Shown one piece after another: positions 23,390-33,400 of a stretch of 64,000 nt of DNA (its first letter is position 1; every line of letters starts with the position of its first letter). The stretch lies in assembly GCA_026004035.1 (NCBI GenBank), contig BPII01000006.1, positions 14,296 to 78,295 of the forward strand. Direction: 5' to 3'. This DNA is from Candidatus Sericytochromatia bacterium. GTDB taxonomy: Bacteria; Cyanobacteriota; Sericytochromatia; UBA7694; JACMQJ01. The position numbers were made by a program, and so were the translations under genes. The notes under the pieces are model-generated. The model did no database searches. It saw only the letters and a program-made list of their open reading frames with translations, and had not been told where the DNA came from.

Positions 23390-25140
23390 ATGTCTTTAGA
23401 TTTGAAAATACTTAATGGTAATATTATAGATGGAACAGGAAATAAAGCTTATGTTTCTGATATAGGAATAAAAGATGGTAAGATTGTTGAAATAGGTAAT
23501 TTAAGTAGTAATTTAGCAAAAGAAACTATAAATGCTGATGGGTATATCGTTACCCCTGGTTTTATTGATTTACATACTCATTATGACGGGCAAATATCTT
23601 GGGATTCAGAATTAACACCTTCTTCTATTCATGGAGTCACTACAGTAGTAACAGGTTCTTGTGGAGTTGGATTTGCACCTTGTAAAGAAAAAGATAGAGA
23701 AAAATTAATAACACTAATGGAAGGTGTAGAAGATATACCTGGTTCAGCTTTATCTGAAGGGATAAATTGGAAATGGGAAACTTTTACAGAATATATGAAT
23801 GCCATTGACTCAATACCTCATACAATAGATTTTGCTATGCAAATGACACACGATCCTTTAAGAGTATATGTAATGGGTGATAGAGCTGTTGCTAATCAAA
23901 AAGCTACCGAAGATGATATAAAAAAGATGGCAAAAATATTAAGAGAAGGTTTAATTAGTGGTGCTGTTGGCTTTTCTACAGGTAGAACTGATAATCATAA
24001 AAGCGGAAGAGGTGAAGATACACCAGCAGCTGAAGCTAGTGTAGAAGAATTAACTGGAATTGTGCAAGCTTTTAAAGGTATTAATCATGGAATAATACAA
24101 GCCGTAAGTGATTTTGATATGTTAAAAGGAGATGAATTTTTCGATAAAGAATTTGATGTATTAGAAAAAATGGCTTTAGTAAGTAATAAACCTCTTTCAA
24201 TATCGCTTATGCAAAGGGATCAATCACCTAATCAATGGCAATGGATAATAAAAAGAGCAGAAGAAGCAAATTCAAAAGGTATAAATATAAGATTACAGGT
24301 AGGTGCTAGAGCAATAGGCGTTTTATTAGGATTAGAAACCACTTTTCAACCGTTTATGGGATTTCCATCTTATAAAAAAATAAGTAATTTACCTTTAGAA
24401 GAAAGAGTTAGAATAATGAAAAATCCAGAATTTAAAGAAAAACTGTTAAAAGAAAAAAATGAAAAATTAGCTGGTGATGGTAGCCATATACCACCTTTAG
24501 CAGATATATTGTTATCTCAATTAGATATCATAGGTATGAGAATGTTTAAATTAGGAGAAAAACCTAATTATGAACCTGAGATAAAGGATAGTATAGGATA
24601 TAAAGCTAAACAAAAAGGTGAGAGTATTATAGGTGCATTATATGATGCTTTGCTAGAAGATGAAGGAAAAGCTTTGATATATTTTCCTTTGTATAATTAT
24701 ACAGAATTTAACTTAAACAATTTGTATAAAATGATAAATCATCCTCTTTCTTTACCCGGATTAAGTGATGGTGGAGCACATGTAGGTACTGTTTGTGATG
24801 CTAGTTTTCCTACATTTATGCTTACACATTGGTGTAGAGATAGAAAAGGTGATAAATTTAATTTAGAAAAAATTATAAAAAACAAACTAAAGACTTAGCT
24901 GATTATATAGGCTTTAAGGATAGAGGAATAATAAAAGAAGGATTTAAAGCTGATATTAATATTATAGATTTTGATAATTTAAATCTATTACCACCAAAAT
25001 TAATTTCTGACTTACCAGCAGGTGGCAAAAGACTTATGCAAAAAGCTAATGGTTATATAGCAACAATAGTAAGTGGTGAAGTAATATTAAAAAATAATGT
25101 ATTTACAGGCAAAAAACCAGGTAGATTAGTTAGATTATAA
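23390..25140 (+). CDS. N-acyl-D-amino-acid deacylase (D-aminoacylase, amidohydrolase superfamily); frameshifted near 24867-24882 (two A6 runs)
   Basis: PGFIDLHTHYDGQISWD and SDGGAHVGTVCD motifs. After the stop at 24898 the protein continues in the +2 frame (24862-25140: ...DLADYIGFKDRGIIKEGFKADINIIDF...PAGGKRLMQKANGYIATIVSGEVIL), which is the normal D-aminoacylase C-terminus. Confidence 0.75.
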
Positions 25141-25175
25141 TCATAATAAATACAAAAAGGAATATATTAACACTT

Positions 25176-26354
25176 ATGAAATGTTCTATTGTAATGACAG
25201 GAGGAGTAGTAAAAGGAGCCTTTCAAACAGGTGTTTTAAAATCTTTAGCTGAAAGAAATATTATTCCTAGTGTTGTAGTAGGAGCTTCCGCAGGTGCTCT
25301 TAATGCAGGAATGACTACAAAATTAATTGCTGAAGATAATTTTAAACCTGAAGTTATAGAAGATCAAATGATAAAAGTTTGGTTATATGAAACATCTTTA
25401 ATGAATTTATGGGGTGAAAGTACCAACAAAAATAATACTATAAGAGATATTTTAGGAATAAATACTAACCCTTTTATGATAATAAAAAAATTGTCAAATT
25501 TTGAAATAGAAATCTGGGAAAAACTGAAAAAAATTCTTTCACTTTCTTTTTTATCAGTTTTTAATAATGAATCATTAATGAAAGTTTTAAATAACTATAT
25601 AAAAGCACCTAATGAAATATTAAATGATGTAAAATGTGCAGTATCACTAACAGATTTACTAGGACATACTGAAATCATAAATAATCAAAAAATAAATAAT
25701 TATTCTGAATATGTAACATTTGAATTTAAAAAAGGAGATAATGATAAACTAAGAGAAAAATTTAAACTTTTGAGAGAAGTAATATTAGCATCAGCAAGTT
25801 TTCCAGGAATGTTTCCACCTTTTGAAATAGATATAAAAAAAGATGGTAATAAAAGACTATATATTGATGGTGGAATAACAAAAAATGCACCTTTTGGTAG
25901 AGCTATAAAACTTGATTCTGAAGTAGAATACGTTTTTTTAATATCAACTACTAATATAAGTAAGCCTGTAATAAATAGTATTAGCACTTTTACAGATTTA
26001 ATATCTCAATTATATGAAATAATAATAACAAAAGATATAGCCAATGATTATAGAAAAGTAATTCAGATAAATGAAAAAATAAATATATTATCTAATCTTC
26101 TAGAAAAAGATAAAAATAATATTATTATTGATAATAAAAAAAACAATGATTTATGTAAATTAGCTGGTTTTAAAAATGTTAAAGACTATCTCTCAAAAAG
26201 AATTGTAAAAATAATATTTATAGAACCTGAAAAACCGTTGGAAGGTGATCCTTTTGCTGGAATATACAGAAAAGATAATAGAAAAATACTAGAAAACTAT
26301 ATAAATGAAGGTTATAAAGTTGGTAATAAAGTTTTAGATAATTTTTTTAATTAA
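25176..26354 (+). CDS. Patatin-like phospholipase
   Basis: Oxyanion-hole region VMTGGVVKGAFQTGVL and nucleophile motif GASAGALNA (GxSxG). DGG present near DGGITKNAPF. Confidence 0.75.
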   Translation: MKCSIVMTGGVVKGAFQTGVLKSLAERNIIPSVVVGASAGALNAGMTTKLIAEDNFKPEVIEDQMIKVWLYETSLMNLWGESTNKNNTIRDILGINTNPFMIIKKLSNFEIEIWEKLKKILSLSFLSVFNNESLMKVLNNYIKAPNEILNDVKCAVSLTDLLGHTEIINNQKINNYSEYVTFEFKKGDNDKLREKFKLLREVILASASFPGMFPPFEIDIKKDGNKRLYIDGGITKNAPFGRAIKLDSEVEYVFLISTTNISKPVINSISTFTDLISQLYEIIITKDIANDYRKVIQINEKINILSNLLEKDKNNIIIDNKKNNDLCKLAGFKNVKDYLSKRIVKIIFIEPEKPLEGDPFAGIYRKDNRKILENYINEGYKVGNKVLDNFFN

Positions 26355-26361
26355 CAAAAAT

Positions 26362-26503
26362 TTGTAACTAGGCTAATATTATTTTTGATAAGCTTAAGAT
26401 CCCTTAATAGTAAGCATTCTAAAGATTTATATTTAAATATACTTTAAATTTAGTATTTATAAGCTTTTGAAGATAATTTTTTTATAACTCAATCTCAGTA
26501 CCT
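26362..26503 (+). repeat. Copy 2 of the ~140-bp interspersed element
   Basis: Aligns with 56890-57033 and the reverse complement of 2436-2578 (GGCTAAT...TTTTTGATAAGCTTAA...TAATAGTAAGCATT...ATAACTCAATC...). Lies between convergent gene ends. Confidence 0.6.
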
Positions 26504-26541
26504 AAATTATAGTTATATTTTTTCAACTAGTTTGAAAATAA

Positions 26542-27369
26542 CTACCAATTTTTAAATAAATTAGGTAATAAAATTTCTTGCTTGTTTTTAATAAGCATTT
26601 TTTGTTTATATAAGTAATCTTTATTTGTAAAATTGATTATTTCTATTAAATCATCCTTAAATTTATTTATAAAATTGTTAAATGTATCTTTTTGAAATTT
26701 TGGTTCAATTATGAAGTCATAAGAAAATAGAATGTTATTTTTAATCCAATTCAAGTATGACATAGTTCCAAACCTGTATATATTCATGTATAAGTACATA
26801 GATACTTTAGAAGTCTTTTTTCTTACAAAATTATAATTAGGTATATATATCAATTGACCTTCATTTAAAGTTGATGAGAAAACTGAATTTTCAAAAGTTT
26901 GCAAACCTAGTTTATTATTAGATGGCTTATCAAATATTTCCCAATAAGAATCTCCATATACTTGTATTACCAAAGAATCAAATATTTCTCTATGAATTTC
27001 TTTACCATGATTTTGTCCGTTTTCCACTTCTAGATCCATTTCAATATAACTATTCATTAAATTTGATAGTTCAAAACATAAATCTAGTAATTCTTTATCT
27101 AAAAAATTTATTTTTTTTATAGTCAAATTTGAGTTTTGATTTAATATTTCTATAAACAATGGATGATTTAATACTTCATTTTCTATATTTTTAACCATTC
27201 CTTTATAGTATGTAACAATATTATTTTTATCTAATTCTGAATTATTAATTATTTCATTAAATTTATTCCAATTAATTAAATTAATAATATCTTCATAATT
27301 TACTTTAATTATAAATGGTTTATTTTCATTTATATTTTGTATTAGTTGTTGAATATCAAATACTTTCAT
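26542..27369 (-). CDS. Cupin_4/JmjC-like protein, third paralogue, probably degenerate; last gene of the giant-protein operon
   Basis: EIHREIFDSLVIQVYGDSYWEI and GQLIYIPNYNFVRK align with the HxD and second-His segments of the 407-aa paralogue. H-R-E is kept but Arg replaces the distal His. Confidence 0.4.
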   Translation of the reverse strand: MKVFDIQQLIQNINENKPFIIKVNYEDIINLINWNKFNEIINNSELDKNNIVTYYKGMVKNIENEVLNHPLFIEILNQNSNLTIKKINFLDKELLDLCFELSNLMNSYIEMDLEVENGQNHGKEIHREIFDSLVIQVYGDSYWEIFDKPSNNKLGLQTFENSVFSSTLNEGQLIYIPNYNFVRKKTSKVSMYLYMNIYRFGTMSYLNWIKNNILFSYDFIIEPKFQKDTFNNFINKFKDDLIEIINFTNKDYLYKQKMLIKNKQEILLPNLFKNW

Positions 27370-28579
27370 AATAGATATTAATGATACTATGTTTTAAAAA
27401 ATTATTAATTAACTCCAAAATTAATTCTTTATTTATCTTGGGAAATTTTTCTATTAATTCTTTTATATTAAATTTTTTTTGTTCAAATATATAGTATATC
27501 ATATCAATTAATTCATTTTTGAGAATAACAGATTGATAATTTAAATATATTTCGAAATTAAAATCTTGTTTTGATATACTGAATAAGTTAGTATTTACTT
27601 GAAAGTGTAAATTACAGTTTTCATTTACGGTTTGAGCATATGGTAAATTTATTAAATTACAATTAGGAGTATTTATTATCCAATTTTGATACAATTTTTC
27701 TAAAATAGAACTTATGTTAATATTAGTAAATTTGTTTTTTATATAATTAATGGTACTATTTAGCTCATGTTTAAAATTGTAATTCTTTTTTGTTATCAAT
27801 TTAAAAGAATATAAATCTTGATATAAAGAATTTTTTAAGTATATAAAAAAATCCATAGCACTTATACTTGTAAAACCAATTGTTAAATGTAATGATGGTT
27901 TATAAATTGGTATAACTTTATGAACAAAACCTTTAGGTATATACAAAATATCACCTGGTTCAAGGATATATTCTTTAAAAATACTTTTATTCTTTTCAAA
28001 AAAGTTATCTAATGAGGGTAATTTTTTATTACTTATCCATTTATCCCATTTTTTTTCTTCATATTCCATAAGTTTATATTTAATATGTTTTCTATAATCA
28101 TAATCTGTTGTTATATCAGCTATATACCATTTTTTATTCCCCTCTAAATGAATAATAAAAATATCATAATTATCTATATGTGCTGCAAAAGCATCTTTAT
28201 TTTCATCTGGATAGGAAGAATATAAATTTATCTTAATATCAGTTAAAAATTCTTTTTTTAAAGAATTAACAAATTGAGATAAATCTTTATCTAAATACTC
28301 AATAATGTCTAGTTTTAAAGTAAAACCATTTAACAAAAATTTTCTTAAATTATCTCTGCCTATTATATCTATATCTAATACTTTTTGATCTTTTAATGAT
28401 ACATACAAATTGTATAAAAAATTATTTTCAAGAATATTATTTAATTTGCTCCAATTAAAAATATCTGAAAATTTTTTAGAAGGTTCTTTTTTTATATATA
28501 GATGTTTTCTAGAATAAAAGTTTTTAAAAAAATCTTCTATAGTTACAGGAGAAATAATATCTTTTAAAGTGCTAATCAT
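27356..28579 (-). CDS. Cupin_4/JmjC-domain Fe(II)/2-oxoglutarate oxygenase (ribosomal-oxygenase YcfD/RoxA-like)
   Basis: AAHIDNYDIFIIHLEGNKKWYI (HxD) and LEPGDILYIPKGFVHKV (distal His) match the cupin_4 ROX signature. Confidence 0.6.
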   Translation of the reverse strand: MISTLKDIISPVTIEDFFKNFYSRKHLYIKKEPSKKFSDIFNWSKLNNILENNFLYNLYVSLKDQKVLDIDIIGRDNLRKFLLNGFTLKLDIIEYLDKDLSQFVNSLKKEFLTDIKINLYSSYPDENKDAFAAHIDNYDIFIIHLEGNKKWYIADITTDYDYRKHIKYKLMEYEEKKWDKWISNKKLPSLDNFFEKNKSIFKEYILEPGDILYIPKGFVHKVIPIYKPSLHLTIGFTSISAMDFFIYLKNSLYQDLYSFKLITKKNYNFKHELNSTINYIKNKFTNINISSILEKLYQNWIINTPNCNLINLPYAQTVNENCNLHFQVNTNLFSISKQDFNFEIYLNYQSVILKNELIDMIYYIFEQKKFNIKELIEKFPKINKELILELINNFLKHSIINIYYESI

Positions 28580-29360
28580 TTTTTAAACTAAAATATTCAT
28601 TAACTAAGAAATTACAGAAAGAAATAGCTTTATCTTTCATATCTTTATTTAAATTTTCTAAATAAAAGTTTTCTGGATTGTTTATATATTCGAATAAATC
28701 CATAATTTCTTTTTTTTTATTAGGGTAAAAAATAGAAAATACTTTAATACAAGTATCTATATCATTAGAATAAAAATTAACTTTGTTTAAAAATAGTTCA
28801 AATGATGCTCTAATCAATTTTTTAACAAATTTAAAAAAAATTTTAGTATTTTCTAATGATTTGAAAAGTTCTTTATTATTGTAAAAATCTTTCATTATAA
28901 AGCTTGCTTCATAGAGTTTGTAATTCTTTATATAAAATGATATGTCTTCACCATATAAACATTTAGATAATACTTTAATTGTAAACATTAATTGATTATC
29001 ATTAAAAAGAGTCGTTCTATCAATGATAAATAAATCTATATCCCTAACAAAAGAATTTTTTTTAAGAAATTCTTTTTTATATTCATCCCAAAAATAATAA
29101 AAACTATAGTTATCCTCATTTATTATTAATATTAAATCTATATCGGAATGAAAATCTATTGTTTTGCCAAACAATAATCCACCTCTTAAATAAATACTAC
29201 TTATTGAAGGATATATTAGATAAAGAATGTAATTAATTATTTTTTTTAAAACTTCAAGCCATTTTGTGTTTTTAATATTATCTAATGATAAATTATTTAC
29301 TATATTATATTCTTTATCAATATTTAAATAATATAGATTATCTTTATTTATAGTTATCAT
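28572..29360 (-). CDS. Pol-beta-superfamily nucleotidyltransferase-domain protein
   Basis: YLRGGLLFGKTIDFHSDIDLILII fits the hG[GS]x9-13Dh[DE]h minimal nucleotidyltransferase motif. Confidence 0.5.
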   Translation of the reverse strand: MITINKDNLYYLNIDKEYNIVNNLSLDNIKNTKWLEVLKKIINYILYLIYPSISSIYLRGGLLFGKTIDFHSDIDLILIINEDNYSFYYFWDEYKKEFLKKNSFVRDIDLFIIDRTTLFNDNQLMFTIKVLSKCLYGEDISFYIKNYKLYEASFIMKDFYNNKELFKSLENTKIFFKFVKKLIRASFELFLNKVNFYSNDIDTCIKVFSIFYPNKKKEIMDLFEYINNPENFYLENLNKDMKDKAISFCNFLVNEYFSLKND

Positions 29361-30465
29361 TTTCTATTTCTATAATATTGTTTTTAATCAAATAATTTAA
29401 TAGTAATACTACATCATTTTTTGTTAGATTATTATCTATTTTGTATAAATCCTGTAAATTAAATTTATTAGCTTTTTTAAAAATAAATTCTGCTAACTTT
29501 GAGTATTTTACATCAATAGATATATATTTTTTCCAAAAATATATAATTAAATTTTCTTCTTTATACTCAAATACACTATCCATGTAATCTTTTCTTAATA
29601 AATTAAATTTATCTTCAATACCTATAATATTGTTCATAAAAATAAAAGGAAATTTACAACATTTTTCTCCTTCTTGAGTTTTAATTAAATAATTATAATA
29701 TTCATCAAATAAACTAGGATCATCTAATTTATTTAATAATTTTTCTTTTAATTTTTCTATTATATTAACCCAGTTTGGATCTATATTTAGTTCTTTGTTA
29801 GTTTCTTGTTGAAAAGTTAAGTTTAATGGCAAAGTATCTATAAAATCATTATCATTTACAATAATATTATTTAAAAACCATTCTAAGAAAGAATTTGCAT
29901 TATTATATTCTATTTCTACATTAAGTCCTAAAGCTTTAACATCAGAAACAATTGTGTAATTAGAATTCATTGGAATGTATATAAAATCATTTTTATTCAA
30001 TTTAAATTCATTGCTTTCAAGAGTTGAATTTACTTTCAAATTAAAATAACCTTCCAGTACAAAAAAAAGTATATCCTTATTTTCATATTGAAAGTTAAAG
30101 TAAGAATTTTTATTTAACTTTATAAGTAAACTTGTAGTTATTCTGCACTTTAAATCATCAATAATTTTTAAAATAAATTCTCTTAATTTACTTTCATATT
30201 TATGTATGTTGTATATAACCACATGTCCTTGGCTAACTAGATGTTTATGAATTTCAAATAAACTATTTGGATTAATTCTTTTATAATCATCAAATATTAA
30301 GTTTATATCATATGGAGGTACTTTTTTTGTATTAATTATATTATTTACATTTTCCCAATAGAATTGTAAATTATAATTTCCTAAAAAACATCTCTTTAAT
30401 AAGAAATTATCTTTAAATTGAGTAAAAGTGCATGGTTTAATTATTTCTTCAAAAAAGCTTAGCAT
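29344..30465 (-). CDS. Cupin_4/JmjC-like paralogue lacking both Fe-binding histidines (predicted pseudo-enzyme)
   Basis: Aligns with the 407-aa paralogue: FQYENKDILFFVLEGYFNLKV (H->Y, D->N) and NKNDFIYIPMNSNYTIV (H->Y). Its start overlaps the last codon of the giant gene at 30465. Confidence 0.5.
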   Translation of the reverse strand: MLSFFEEIIKPCTFTQFKDNFLLKRCFLGNYNLQFYWENVNNIINTKKVPPYDINLIFDDYKRINPNSLFEIHKHLVSQGHVVIYNIHKYESKLREFILKIIDDLKCRITTSLLIKLNKNSYFNFQYENKDILFFVLEGYFNLKVNSTLESNEFKLNKNDFIYIPMNSNYTIVSDVKALGLNVEIEYNNANSFLEWFLNNIIVNDNDFIDTLPLNLTFQQETNKELNIDPNWVNIIEKLKEKLLNKLDDPSLFDEYYNYLIKTQEGEKCCKFPFIFMNNIIGIEDKFNLLRKDYMDSVFEYKEENLIIYFWKKYISIDVKYSKLAEFIFKKANKFNLQDLYKIDNNLTKNDVVLLLNYLIKNNIIEIENDNYK

Positions 30466-33400
30466 TATGATTTATAAACTGCTGAAAATGCTCCTTGTGT
30501 TACCTTTACTCTTCTTCTTCTCCAATCCCAGTCTAAAATGATCTTACCTACTATTTGATCACCTCTACTACTATTTGATGTAGCAGCAATTATAATATTA
30601 TCTAATAATCCATATTTCAAAACTTCCTGATATTCTTGACTATCCAATATAGCTTTTAGTTTTTCTGTAAATTTATTTACATTACCATCAACATTTGCTC
30701 CTCCAGATCTTCCTTTAGAAGCTGTAACTAAGTTATTATATACTTTATAAGCATAATCATTATCTTTATCAGTTTTTAAGAATTTATCACCTCCACTAGT
30801 GTATGAAACATCAGCTCCAGATGAATTAACTACTGCAAATCTATTATATACACCTGTTGCTAATGAGCTAGCAGTTGTTCCTGAGTAACCAACAGTAGCA
30901 GAGGTATAGTAAGAAGTATCTCTTCTATCCTCAGCTCCTATATATTTTGTTTTTCTTTTACCAAGTGCTATACCATTAGCAATTTCAGTATCACTTAAAA
31001 CTCCATCTCTATCAGTATCTATATCTATTACTCCATCTTGATCTTCATCATCAAAATAATGAACTTTAAGAAGAATAGTTGCATCATTTACCATACTATT
31101 TCCACCTTTTGCTGATAATGTAATACTTGCAAAACCGTCAGTATCAGTTGTAAAATTAAGATTATCTTTATAAGCTACATTAAAACCTCTAGGATCATCA
31201 CCCATTACTAATTTTCCATCAATATATCCATAATTTAAAACAGCATTTAGTGGACCATTATCATTTATAGTTGATGTTGTAAACTCTTTAGTCTCAAATG
31301 ATTGTATTGTTGGTTCACCAGTAGAAACAAGTTCTATTTCATGTATAGTAGATAATATTCCGACTCCTTTTCCATCTGTATTTTTAAAGTTTAGAACTAA
31401 AGATTTAAGTTTTTCTTGTTCTTGACCAAAATATGTTAATTTTTCGGCATCAAATAATTCCTGACTAAATACACCACTTTGAGGATCTTGTCCTAAAGCG
31501 TAAGATTTTAAAGTATTAGGATCCCTACCTTTAAATCCACCTTCATACATTCTTACAGACCAAGTTTCATCTAAAGGTCCTATACCTGCTATGTTAGATG
31601 ATACAATGTCTATTCCATCAGAGCCTAAATGATAATTATGTTGTAACATAATGGTATTAAAACCTTCTTTTAATACTCCAGAAGGAATATTATAAGTAGT
31701 AGTTCCATTTGTATTACTAACTCCAGGAGGTATTTGTTGACCATTTATATACAAATAAGCATCAGTTTTAGCATTTATTGTTATAGTTTTTGGTCCTGAA
31801 GCTTGAGCTACTGTTAAACCTATTGTCTTTTTTACAAATGTAGTCATAAATTCATATGTATTAGCACCACCAGGAACAGTTGTTCCTTCTTCAAAACAAG
31901 TTCCGTCAACATATGGCATTCCATCAACAGATGGATCATAATTAACCCATCCTGTTAGTTTATTATTTACTTGTTTTTTTGTAGGCTTGATATCTGTAAC
32001 TAAACCTAAGTTGATAGCCATAGCTCTATCAACATACATTTGATTATCACTGTTTATAAGTCTTCCCATACTGTCCTTATAAAAAATTGTATTTTTTGTT
32101 ACTGTTAATTTTAAACCATTTGGAGAAGTTGGATCTAATTCTGCAACCATTGTTGGAGGATTAGGTGCTCCCCAGGTAGCATAAGAATCTACTTTATTAG
32201 TATTATATGTAGCTGCATCCTGCTCTATGTATGTTAGTAATGTATTAGAGAAACTTGGAAAATCAGTATTTGTTATTTCTACTCTTGAAGAATTACCTTC
32301 GTTATACCTTCCTCTTATATTAGTTCCTCTTGGATCAAAACTTATATTTGGTCTATTAGTGTTATTAACCTCATTTTGATAAGAACCTCCTGTAACAAAT
32401 TTACTATTTAGTTGTTGTTTATATGCATAAAAATCAGTTTCAGCATTTTTTCTACCAGAAACTCTTACATTATCTATATTCCAACCGTCACCTTCATTAT
32501 TATCACTATCAGCTTCAAATACAAATTTTATTCTAACATTTGGAGAACCTGCTACACAATTCAAATCATACCTTGATGACACCCATCCTTGATTACCTGG
32601 TAAACCATTTGCATTAACATCTTTTTCTTGTCCACTTTTGTTAGAACCTAATGCTAATTGCCAAGTTACACCATCATCGGTACTGTACCATACAGATATT
32701 TTATCTCCATCATCAACATTACCTCCTCTTGTATTTGTACCAAATCTACTATCAAATTCTACAACAGCATTTTGATATTGAGATAAATCAATTCTTGGTG
32801 ATATTAATTCTCCTTTTGATTTACCTCTTGCAACAACTTCTATATCATCTAAATTCCATCCTCTATGATCATCATTTAACCATTGATCTCCAGCATTAAA
32901 GTAAAAACCTACCTTTTGATCTGTTGTTCCCCAATTTGTGTTTAGTAAGAAATATCTTTGTTGCCAACCATTACTAGACTGTGCAGCAACATCAACTTGA
33001 TTTTTAGTTGCTCCAGGAGCAGTTCCATGGATATCTTCATTACCACTTATTCCTATAATCTTCATTGGAGCACCATTACCAGCTGACTGTATAGCATATC
33101 TTTTATCATATTTTTTTCCATCATTGACACCGATAATTTCTGTTTCAAAATTTTCTCTGTACCTAAGCTCTAATTGATTAAATGTATTACCAATACCAAC
33201 ATTCATATTTCTTAAATCCAATGATCTTACCATATAACCTTCAGGGACATATGGTTTTGATACATATACTTGAAAACCAGGTATCATATCTTGATTATTA
33301 TTTAAAAGAGGACCTTCTTGTCTTTCTACAAAGTCATCTGAACCCTGACTATCATAAGCGTAGGATGGGTTTGCATAAGGACCTGCTAAATTTTTAAGTG

